Shown: positions 22,701 through 34,089 of the stretch, piece by piece
How positions within the stretch are numbered: the stretch's first letter is position 1
Layout of the letters: the number at the start of each line of letters is the position of its first letter
From: Amoebophrya sp. A120
Taxonomy: Eukaryota; Protista; Dinoflagellata
Reading direction: 5' to 3'
Assembly (NCBI GenBank): GCA_905178155.1
Contig: CAJINV010000001.1
Location: forward strand, 1,849,904-1,913,903
DNA: 64,000 nucleotides
The notes under the pieces: model-generated
The model's input: the letters and a program-made list of their open reading frames with translations, nothing else
Told to the model about the DNA's origin: nothing
Database searches by the model: none
Program-made: the position numbers and the translations under genes

Positions 22701-23814
22701 GCAAATTACATGTTCATGTCTGGGTCTGGAAATAGGATGCAATTAGTTGTGATGCACATGAGAATCATGCGTGGGCAGCAAAAATTGCCTTGCTAAACGA
22801 ATAAAGAGAGGATTCGTCATGGTGATATAGGGAGCATTGTTGAGAAACCCCCGGCAAATTTGTGATGCTAGGGGTTGCATGGTCGACCTTTTCCTGGGTC
22901 ATGCAACAACAGCACGACAGACATCTGCACAACTCATCCAGACCCAGAGTAACTACATGTTTGCAGTTGATATTCGCCAGCTTGCCCGTCTCCGCCCCCC
23001 GAAACGCGTTCAGCCCGATGAAGCCCGAGACGGAGATTATTGCAAGGAAACGTCCCCCCTCCCCATATCAAAACGAAACTTCTCACGCTGGATCTGTGTA
23101 GACTAATCAGCTTTGTATTGCAGGAAGGCGCTGCGGCTAGATCCCCAGGCTAGGTAGGGGCGTATGGGTCTAGTTGCTCAGCATGGCACACGGCTCTCCT
23201 TTAAGCCTGACAGCATGACAAATCGCCTCCATAATGGGGCGGACGCTTCTGCCCTTGTCGTCTTGCAGGACACATGTGATTTCTTGTGACCTCAAATCAG
23301 CAACACGAATTTTCGGAAACATAGCTTTTCAATATGGGGAGGGGGGATTTTTCATTTTGATAGAGATGTGCTTGTTGTCACTTTCCTCCTCGTACTCTTG
23401 GGGCAGTTCCCCGAAACCGTCGTCGTGAACCCACGGCAGTGCGGTGGCGAGGTTCCGGAGATTTTTTTCCGCGGCCCGGTCGGTTTTGAAGGACGGCGAG
23501 TGGACAAGTAGGTCGGGCATCCGCATATCGACGCCCGTACGTTCCGGATCGCCGTAGCTGTACCCCTGAACCCGTCTGCATAACTTGCCGTACTTGAATT
23601 GCGCCTCCAGTCCCTTCTGACTGTTAGGGTCAAACTCTTTCGAGGACGAGACGGCGGCGCGTGTTCTCGCGGGCGCCTTCGGCGTGCTAAATGCAGTTTG
23701 ACTCACCTCCATGAGGCTCGTGATGTCACTCACCAGCGGGGACGAGCTGCTACTCTTCAGGAACTCCAGTCCCCTTACCGGCTGCGCCAGCAGAACGACA
23801 AAACTGGTTTTCAT
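19704..23814 (-). CDS. Large hypothetical protein with signal peptide; may extend to exons near 18600-19500
   Basis: ORF 23329..23814 (MKTSFVVLLAQPVRG), micro-exons and the 704-aa ORF join through introners (KKLYGLDGQ-PLMIEVP). Confidence 0.65.
22323..22635. mobile_element. Introner family C (~310 bp)
   Basis: TIR tatgggaatgtcaggatcgtaatc vs rc tatgaaagcgtcaggatcgaaatc; DR cagtg/ctgtc; frame restored. Confidence 0.85.
22693..22972. mobile_element. Introner, family B variant
   Basis: tctgggtctgga / tccagacccaga TIR core with longer outer arm; decayed DR; frame restored (GKLA-KEDEQIMV). Confidence 0.8.
23053..23347. mobile_element. Introner-like element with polyC/polyG TIR
   Basis: Perfect 16-bp IR tcccccctccccatat / atatggggagggggga; internal gcatgacaaa motif; no 5-bp DR seen. 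Confidence 0.7.
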
Positions 23815-24932
23815 GGTGCGGGTCGGACACAGGAGATAGTGCCAGCGCCGTGCTACAGCTTCACAGGTGTTGCTACCCCCGGGCCCGGATGTCGTGTACG
23901 AGGGCGAGAAGGTGAAGATGCCACTTACGCTTACTTTTGGTTTGAGTTCTGCTTTTCGTTTGCTGTGTGGACTTCCTTTTCGGGACGTCGAGGAAGAGGA
24001 AGTAGGACAAGTTGCGATACTTTCACAAAATGCAGTAGCTTAGACTTTCAAAAAAGCGAATCAACTACAACCTCAATAAGTTGAAAAGCGAATGAAAAAA
24101 GTTAACTTTTGTTCGACGGAAAATGTTTTCGCTGTTTGCCGATACTCCAGGAGAAAACGAAAACAGGTCGCCGAAATAGACTCGATAGGTTTTCCCGTGA
24201 AAGGATTTAGATTTTTTTCTACTGAGAGTTATCAGTGTTACAACTAGGCTCAGGTCGCGCTTCCACGACAGCTAATTGCTTCTCCTCACTGTGTTGTACA
24301 TAAATTTGATCGTGATTCGTGGCTTTTATGCTTTGTGCAGCTGCTAGATATTGGCTGCTAGGCACCGTAAACGTGATCTTACCGAAAAGAGACAATCACG
24401 TGACTTCTGACTGTGCTTCTACACGATAAAGATAAATACTGGAGAACCGACACTCTACGTTGACAAGTTGGAGCTTAACTTTCAAAGAACCGATTACAAA
24501 TCAACTGGCTTACCGAGAAATGGAGGGCCGACAGCTGCTTCTTTTCGTACCTATCCAAAAAACAGAGACCATACAGAAACACACCGAATAGACATCGGTT
24601 CTGTTATACCGAATACGATTTGCGCCGCTCCTATTTGCTTTCGAAGATTATATATGAAATTATAATCATTTTGATGTAGCTAAATTGTTTGTGCGATTCT
24701 GAGATAAGATTCTTTGCCTGAAAATCTACCGAGCGAAACGAACATCGTGTGTCCAACATCGCGTCTGTAAACAGGCCTCTTTTGCGCTTGGTAGGTACTT
24801 AGTAAATCTCTTTTGAGCTGCAGTACTGAGTCTCTTGAGGATCATTTACATTTTTAGCACGTGTTGTTTTTTCTGTAGCCATCATCAAATTTTTATTTTT
24901 CAAAGCGGCCTGAAGGAGCTTGCTTCTACTAC

Positions 24933-27318
24933 TCAAACCCTGGGTATGGCCAGGCCGACCCGGGGGTTTCGGATCAGCGTGGAGTACTCAAACACGGAGT
25001 ACAGGTGTTTCAAAAACCTGGTGCCTAAGATCCAGCCGCTCTGCCCCAGCGGAAAGCCCGGGCGCATGAGGGAATGCGGCAGCAGCAGCAGCATCTGGTA
25101 GTCGCCGAGGACGGTGCTCTGCAGCAAGTCCTCCGTACGGAGAAGAAAACACTTCTCGGCATTTTTTTCTCCCTTGAAACAGATGTCCACGGCAAGTTCG
25201 GCCCCGGGTTTTAGTAGGTAGATGCCTGGAATAAACACGATGGATGCAGCAGTTTCTATGCAGCGTCGCATGAAAATGAATATGAAATGCATTGCAAGCC
25301 CACAGCAAAATCACCGTAGTTGCAAAACTGACTACAACACGGTTAGCACGGGTCAAAAATAAGCGTATACTATAGAAGTACGAGGCGCTGATAGGTGCGG
25401 TTGATTTCTTTGCAACAACTTTACAGCAGAGGACAAACATGCACCAGAGTTGAGTTAGTATACGGCGGATCCCTAGGTAGTAAGTAGAACTCGGAGAATC
25501 ATAAGTGTCGTCAATCAAGTACTATACCTTTCTCCGTCCGCACGACAAACTGCTTCAAATGCGTTTCCACAAACTCCTCCAGCTCGTCATCGGGGACGGC
25601 GATCACATCCAGGCTGGTGGTAAGCAGCACCCCAAAGTCCCGGCTCGCGGGGGAGGTGAAGTTTTTGCCGTTGCAGGCAAAGGTGCCCGTACTCCCAAGC
25701 CGCCAGTTGTCGAAGGTTTTCGTGTCTTTCGAGGGCACAACGGGGAAGTAGTACATCTCCTCGAAACTGGTCGGATCCACACCGCCCAGCTGCATTACCG
25801 GCGGACTGCGCGGACTGCTCGTGGTCGTTGCGGTTGCGCTGGCAAGAGTCGGATTCTTGTAGTCAACAAATGTTGATGACAATACAGGCACTAGAGCTGA
25901 AGTTCGCGTAGAAGCTGTCCGCGTTCGTAATTCGCTACTTCCAACACGACCCTCGCCGCCGAAGTTGAGTGCAAGAATCGGACTGGAAATCACCCCCTGC
26001 TTTCTTAACTCGAGCAGTAGGTTGGTCGTGGTGTTGGGTGCAAACCCGAGAATACCGGAGAAACCGTTTCCGAAAAAGGGACTCCCGGATATGAAAGCCT
26101 CAGAATGGAAATTCTCAAAGTGGAAATAATTTGTGATGCATGAAGTGGAAATAATTTGAGACGCAAGAGCGACTGTATTGCAGAGGACGCAATGGAGGCT
26201 GACTATTTATTTCCTGCTAAAGCATCAAGGCTAAGAATTGGGCTGCTGATTACCACGAGAGAAGGCCACCCCTTTGTCCTAACCAGCATGACAGACATGC
26301 TTTGAGTGCCCGGGAAATTTGTCATGCGCCAACTAGAAATGGCGCTTCAATTGGAGTCGTTTTCTTGCATTACAAACTATTTTCACTTTGAGGATTTCCA
26401 ACCTGGTGAGGCTTTCATACCGGATCTACGGGTCTGCTTCACCACCCCGAACGTGAAAGAAACGCGGGTTGTGGGTGGGGTAGATGTAGTACTGAAGGTC
26501 ACGACTGGTGGCAACAACGGGGCTGATTTTTTGGTACTTCTGAAAGTATTATCGTCCTCGTCGTTATCACCACTTTCACCATTCTGCGAAACGGTTGCTG
26601 ATTTGCCTGTAACTCTATTGCCTGCAGCTGAAAGTTCACCGACGTGACCAACGCCAGAATCGAGAACGTGTCTGTTGTCCATGAAGCTACCACTGCTTGA
26701 GGTCCTTCTCTCATGTTCCACTTTGTGATTTTTTTCCGTTCTCCCGCCAGAAAATTGCGCGAAGTCCCGTCCTAACATCCCAAGCGCACTGTCAAACTCG
26801 TGACCCATGGTGTCCTCGAACGCAATCTTCGCGTCTTGAAACGTTTTGGATGCTGTCGCGTTGAATTTCCGCGCGAATCCGGGCGGCATTGGCTCGCAGG
26901 AGGTGCATTCCACCCCCGGAATCCAGGACCACGGTGCGTTCAGGGACACAAGAAGGGCCTGGGGAGATGAGGACGTCGCAACAGGAGAATCAGCTCTACT
27001 CTGCAGCTGCTCTTGGAGGTCGTCCGCTTTATTATGATTTTGCGGTGACGTTCTCGGTTCGTCCTGTATTTCCACACTACTGGTCGTTGTTCCAAACTCC
27101 GTCCGCGCAAAATACCGCCCGTCCTGCTCCGTTAGTGGGATCCACACGTCGGCTCTCGCAATGTTCGTGCAAGCAAGAAGACCTAAAAACGAGCTCCAGC
27201 AAAAAAAGTTGAAAGACGCAGTGCAAGTGCTAAAACTGCAGTAAAGAGACGGAGAGATCATGACCGCGGAGTCGCCTCTTGGTCTTTTTGGTGGTCTACC
27301 TTTCATCTGTGCGGCCAT
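24933..27318 (-). CDS. Pepsin-like (peptidase A1 fold) protein, probably catalytically inactive
   Basis: Signal/TM, WIPGVECTSC, FNATASKTF, GMLGRD, FSGILGFAP (after introner removal), WILGTRFLKHLYSVFE...RVGLA; no D[TS]G motifs at the expected positions. Confidence 0.75.
26090..26419. mobile_element. Introner family D
   Basis: TIR tatgaaagcctca / tgaggctttcata; DR ccgga; close copy at 59324-59629; internal ~24-bp duplication of gtggaaataatttg. Confidence 0.92.
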
Positions 27319-28736
27319 TTTTTTTCGGTCGGTTTCTTGGGCGGGAGCAGCACCGTCAGAAGCTAAAGACAGCGGTCGGCTACTGACAGAGTATGAGTAA
27401 AGCGAACAAGAGATAATTGCGCAATACCCTCCACGTGGACGACGAGCGCCCAGTCATTAGAGAAGCTCCCATGAAGATCTTCTTGGCACAGTATCCGTTT
27501 CCGTATCGTGGATCGACAGTCTCTGAGCCCGCTTGATCTGCAACCCTTTCTTTGTTGTACTTCATTGTAACATGTAAATCAACTTGATCATCGGCCCTCA
27601 AGTTTGTTTGACTCTCTTCTGGAATAAAAAAAGCAGGGCGACAAGCAGCAAGAGGAAACCACGGAGGAGGAGTTTTCTTGTGCAGCCCGCAGGGTAGCAT
27701 GCAGCGTTAATCTTGCAAGCACGCAAGGGGCCGGCACTTCAGGGCTGTTTTTTGCTGTCGGATTGGGCTTACTACAGATCAACGAGCCTACATGATGTGC
27801 CTGAAATATTTTCCATTTCGAATTTGATATCCTTGTTTTGTTTTGCTGTTCCCGTGCAGTGTGTCTTCGTTTCTTGCGCTTTCATCACATCATGCTCACG
27901 GGATGTAAATTTGAAGAGCAAGTGCAAGCATTAACATTACCATAACAAGTCATGTGGCGGTCAAATATTGAGTCAATTTCATTTTACATGGGCGGCCTCA
28001 TCTTCGCATATTAGTAAGCTACATCGGATAAGTCATGCGGCAAGTAATGTTTTCAAACGTAGATGACCAAGAGTATTTTGTATTGTGGGTGTGTAAAAAA
28101 GTGGTGAGAGCATCTTTGTAAAATTTCAACGCCGGTCGTGGAAAAATGTTCTTCGTCTGTTTATTGCCGTGGCTTGTTCCGACTTTCCTCGATCACAGAG
28201 TCCACATTTTGTCGATTACTGATAATCAGGAGTAAACAGCCGCCGACCCGACATTCCATCGTCAAAAATCTATGTCACAGTGGTCAATTGAAGAAACTCG
28301 GGGTAAACGTACAAAAGGAACAACAGTTTTTTCCTGTTCGCTATTGTTGTGGCATCACAACTCGTCTAAAAAAAAAGTGGAACGGCTATTTTGTCGTATA
28401 AGATTGATGTAGCACTTGTCTGGCAACAGAAGTTCAAGATTTCTTTTTTGCTGAAGGTCGTGAAGAGTTGTGTGCTTCTCCTGCTTGATGTCAGTCTAGT
28501 TTTTGTTTGCAATTTCATTCTTATTTGTAGACTGCTCGTGCACTTCTTTGCCACCTGAAGAGTCAGCGTGTCTATCTCGTTAGATTTCAGTATCAATTCT
28601 GTAGTTTCTTTATCGTATCTAGTTTATTGTATACCCCGTTGCAGTTCAGCTTCATGGCCGAAATGGAAACAGAATCAATTTGGTCTGCTGCGTATGCAAA
28701 AACAGACCTTTTTTTCCAACACCTCTGTTTATTCCT

Positions 28737-31700
28737 CTACTGGTTCAGAAAGAGCGTGACGCGCTCCTTGACTGCACTGTTTCGGCCACCTCCGCCCGGA
28801 CGCGGTGTGCTCCGCTCGTCGACAAAATTCGAGTTATTTTCCGCATAATTGTTGCAGGCATTGATGCGGCAGGTCGGCGTCTGAAACTCCACCGGCTTGC
28901 GCTGCGGCGGTTTCGAGTTCTTGGTAACCGAGTAGGGCGATTCCAGGTAGCGCCGGCTGGTCATGATCCCCGGCGTGTTGACGGCGGCCACCGCTGGGTC
29001 GATAAAACTGCTGTCTGACAGGAGATTTGGGGTCTGGTAGGGTTGCTGTCCTCCACCTCCGCGATTGGACATCGGCCCGGCGGGTCCGCCCCACCGCTCC
29101 GCCGCAAAGTTGCCTCGCGCCGACATGCCGCCGGTTGTACCGCGATCGCGGGCGGACAGCATCGGATTCGTTCGCGCCGACATGGGCGGCGGTGCCGCGA
29201 CCACGCCGCGTGCGGAAAGCGGGACCTGGCTCGACGTTCCGGTCGTCGTGGGGATAGCGGCTGGTTGGAGTGGTGGTTTAAAAAATAATAGCAATATCAT
29301 TCACGTTCTTCCGCTTCTGTTGTTCCATCAAAGAGAAACGCAAAACTCTTTCTATTCAAAGCAGGAAGTGTTGTGCACGCAATTCACGTTTAGCGTACCA
29401 TACGCAGAAAAAAATCCGCGATCTTCGATGAAAATGAACTACAACATAGCTGCAGCAGAACGAAAAAGATTAATGACGCCCTACCGGATCTTTGTCGTTG
29501 AACCTGATGCGTCGAAGAAGTCGACAAACCGTCTTTCTCGGCTCCCCGAGCCCGGCAGCGTCGTTCCCTCTTTTCGATCAGCAAGGGACGGATATTGACC
29601 ACCCGCCGCTGCCCTTCTTCCGTGTCGGCAGAAATGATCATTTCCTCCAGCTCTACGTATCGGTCGAAGTACTTTTGCACTGCGGAATTTCGATTTTTTT
29701 TGTGACGGTGGAAACAAAGACAACTATTACTATATGAACCAAGGACAACATTAACGATAAGAGGAGACAACTACTACGAAGAACCACTATCCACTTCTTC
29801 GTCTGCTATCTACTGCAACAATCCAAACCAGATGTTGTTCTGGTGGACGGTGGAGATTGAATAGCTGTTGACGATAACATAGTGAAGACCACTTGTTCCT
29901 GCTTTAGAAGAACTATACCCCATTTTCCCCGCTCCCGGTTGTCTTCCTTCCACAGCCGATAACTCTCGTCCAGCAGGGAGTTCAGCTGGTTCCGCTGCAG
30001 TTCCTTCTTGCCCAGGTCGATTTCCAGCTTTTTCCGAACTTGAATCTCCTCATCCAAGTGGAGTTTCAGGTCTTCCACATCAAGCTTCAAAGTTTCCACA
30101 TCCGCCCGCGCGGCACTGAGCTCAGAAAGCGTGCGGTCGTGCTCCTAGTAGAGGGGACGAGGAGAGAAAGTATAAATATACCCGAAAACGTCGACGCTTC
30201 TACATCGAGGTTTGCATCAGCATGATTTTGAGTCGCATTTTTACTCCGGTTCATTGTGCCACCCTGAACTAGCAGAAAAATCCTCTCAACATCATCATGT
30301 ACATGTTCATACAGGAAAACGATCGTATTCATACCTTCTGCAATTCCAGCTTTGCAGCGGCGGTGTTGGTCGCTTCTTCCTTTTTCCGGGAAGTCGCGGG
30401 GATGGGCACGTCTTCGCCTTTTTCGATCTGCTCAATCTGTGCCATGGTGAAACGCTCCTCGATTTTTCGGTCGAAGTACCGAAACACGTTTTCCCGGCGA
30501 CGCTGCAAGAGCCTTTTGTTGTTAGACGCGTCGGACTGCAGTGTGGATATCGTGGATTCCTTCGCTTTCAGCTCCTTTTTCAACTTTTCTACCTCCTCTT
30601 TCAGCTCCGTCATTTCCCGCGTCTTCCGGTCGTTGTTCAGCTTTTCGGCCTTCTGGTCGAAAAAATCCTGAAACGCAGACTCGATGCGACGCCCGCCGCG
30701 CGCGGTGTTCGGCTGGCTCTGCTGGAGGTTCTGGTGGTGGTCTTTTTGCGGCGGAACGGTAGGTGGATTAGAGCTGCTGCTGGACGAAGAAGACGTCGAG
30801 GTTGACCTGGTCGTGCTCCCATCGGGAGCATCCTCTGCTTTTACTTGTAGTTGTTCCTGCTCCTTCTCTTTCGCGGTCCTTTTGCGTTCGTCTTCTTCGA
30901 GAAAGACTGAGGAAATCGACACCCGCTTCCGGGCCTTCGGCTTCGATCTTGACGTTGGCGGAGCGTCGGCTCCTTGCCCTGCTTCTACTTCAGTTGGCTT
31001 GTTATCATCCCTTGCCGTAGACCTAGACGGCTCGTAATTTACTCTCCTCGCCGATTTCAAAACGCCGGACGAAGAACTCGCTGAAGAACCTTGGTTTTCA
31101 GTCCGGCTAGGAGGATTGTAGCTTGAGCTCGTGGCTGTCTTCTGTGCACCAGCAGCCACTCCAACTCCGTCAGTCGACGACACGGAGTTGCGCTTTGCTG
31201 GAATGAATTTCCCGTGGTCTCTGGACAATTTTTTCTTCGGCCGCGTGTCCTCTTCCTCGATAACCGCACTCTGGGTCGAAGATGCGCGCGCTTTATTCAT
31301 GTCGAGCTTCGGAATCAAGATGCTGCTGCCCCCGCGCGTGCTGATGCGCGTGCTGGCCTTCGGTTTTTGCGGTGATGGTGAGTTTCCAACCAGCACGGGC
31401 GGCGAGGAGGAGGACCCGCCTCCTGCTTGTTCTATGTCTATCCGTGCGGTGGTTGATGGTCCTGTACTGGTTTTATCAGCCGAGACGTCGGTTGTACTAC
31501 CGCTACAGGATGTGGAGTTATTTTCTACCGTCGTAGAGCAGTTCGGCGACGATGACATCCCGCCGGAGGCTTTGCTGAGCGTTTGTTTCTGTTTCCTCTC
31601 TACGTCGTCCGCACACAAACCTCCACCCAAGGCTGCTCCTGCGCCAGGTTTTTGGTTACTCGGCGGATACACATCCTCTTGCTCTTCAGTTGGGGGCAAT

Positions 31701-32416
31701 GGCGGCGTGCCCGCTTCTAGCACTGGAAATGTCGTGTTCGCGGTGGTAGAGCAGTTCCCCTGCTGTGGTTTATCTTCTTTTATCGACGGTGTCGTGGTAT
31801 TTGTAATGCTGTCTCTGTTGTTCTTCTTTCCAGCCTGTCGAGAAGGCGTGCTTGGTAGCGGTTGTTTGTCCCCTTCTTCTTCACCACGGACAGCTGAAGG
31901 ACTGCTTTTCGGCTTGTCAATTCGCCCAGAACCACTTCTAGCAGCTACCGACTCACTGTTTTTGTTCCCGCTGACCCGGCCACTTCCTCGTGCGGACGCC
32001 TTCGGAGGATGCGAGGCGGACGTTCTCGATGAGACGCTGTTCTTTTTGTTTTCCGCAGATTTTCTCGCAGGAGCACCGGACGAGGTGGCCGCGGCTGAAC
32101 TACCGTCGCTAGGTACAACCAACAGGTCCTTTTTCTCCTCCGTGGGCGTGGGCACGGTTGGCGCATCGCTGCCCGGGATCTTCTTCACATACGGGCTGGG
32201 AAACCAGCCGCAGAACGCGGGATTGTGGGTTCGAAACCCGCCCCACCAAGCGGACTCCTCATCGATCTCGCACACGTAGATCTCCTCTCCCGGCACGAGC
32301 CGCAGCGTGTGCTCCCCCTCCTCTGCGTCCGAGTAGTCGCGGAGAACGCGCGCGCGATAGAGGTACGCGGGCAGGCTCGAGGCCAGCTCCGACGAGCTCG
32401 TGCGAGCGGTCGCCAT
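28737..32416 (-). CDS. SH3-domain protein with long low-complexity linker and C-terminal coiled coil (multi-exon)
   Basis: RARVLRDY...LRLVPGEEIYV...WWGG...GWFPSPYV SH3 signature; E/K-rich heptads; apparent GT-AG intron near 30145-30333. Confidence 0.8.
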
Positions 32417-34089
32417 TTTCCTTATCCTTGTTCTGTCGTGGGCTCCTTGTTCTCACGGGCGGGCACTCAGGGTGTGATTTGCACACTTTGACTGGCTCGT
32501 CGTGCAGCGGTACAACCTGACAACAAAGTTGTCAACACCGTCACAAGAACTAGGCGCACTTTGCGGCCGCTCAATCGCTCTCGCCTTTGTCTACTCACAC
32601 TCACATTGCTCAAGATGAGGGTTCGCAACAAGAGTAACCGCAACCGCATGGTAGATCTTTCCGAGCTTCTCAGAACGGAAGACACGCAATACAGTTTCAC
32701 TTTTTGCTTTCGGTTGTTGTACAACTCGCAGGCACGTTTTCAGGAACTAAGAGACACCCAATTGATGCCTTGCCCTTCGGGCGGTCTTGTTCCTCCGCTG
32801 GAAAGTCTCTGCTCACGCGCACAAGATATCCCGCTCGAGTGCCAGGACCAATACACAGTGAGTCGCTCCGCCTTTGTTGTACGGAGAACGCGAACAGGAG
32901 TACGACCAGAGGCCCATGGCTGTGGTGATGGACAAGCCTGCAGATTGCGGCCGTTCAGATATCCAAACGTGCTGGCGCCAAAGTTTTACTACGCAGTCGT
33001 ACAAATTGATAGAGATTCGGCGAAACTACAACTGGTGGTCGTCCCCCTGAGAATTTAGCCACATTTCATCTGGCAGTGCTGCATATTTTTGGCATCGCTG
33101 CTTTCCGTTTTGCTTTCAATGGTTGCACTTGCCAAGCGTGGTGGTATTACCGATATAATCCTGCCGATGAAACGTAAGCTGCGAGACGTTAAAACTAGAA
33201 GTGCAAAGAGAGATTTCAAATTTTGGAATAACTCCCGCGCCAGAACGACTCTACGCCGCCTCGCGGCTGCCTCCTTCCCTAGGATACATTCATCGAGTAG
33301 CATTTCAAAAGAAGAGCTCTCGAGTTGTTCAGCGTCTTATTTTCAACGGAGAATAATCCGACACGACTATATTAGACTTACTTATCTCGACGTTGCAGGC
33401 AAGCAGGCGAAACAACACGGAGCAGGCTCCTCGAGACGCTGGTGCTAGTGGCTACTGCACGTACACACAACTGGAAATTTTCATCTTCGCGCAAGTCACA
33501 GGCACACCAGTCACCAGGAAGCTCGCGCTAATATTCTTCGAATATTTGAAGCACTTCTGCACCTCCTCCTGTCGCTTGATTTGACGCGGAAAGAATTGTG
33601 GACGGGCAGAACATAAATGTCAAAGGGTGGTGGTACAATACTGGGAGGCTGATATGTTTCTGGTTCTGGATGGAGGTGATGTAGAGCCGAAATAATACAA
33701 CCTCCCGCAGTCATCTCCGCAGCTGCGCAAGCACTAGAACCTCGGCTCGGCGGGTCAGCCGCAGCTCCAGCTCCGGCTCCAGCTCAACATTGAGCAACAA
33801 TCACAACATAACGTACATTACTTTACAGAAAAGCAGAAGTCAGGAACTCGGTCTCGGCTCGAGGATGTAGTTTGCAGCTGTCACTATTGCTAGCACTTTC
33901 TGTTTGCGCCCGTGGCCACGACACTGACACTCTCCGATAGGTGGTGGGTACCGGAGAAGTATCAACCGCAAGTGCTGCAGAAGCAGGAAGACTGACCGCA
34001 GACCTCGAGGAGCTCCTGCAGCCTGGTTAATCCATTTATCTTTAGCACTCGTCGTCGAACCACTACAACATCTGCGATTTCTGAATTCT

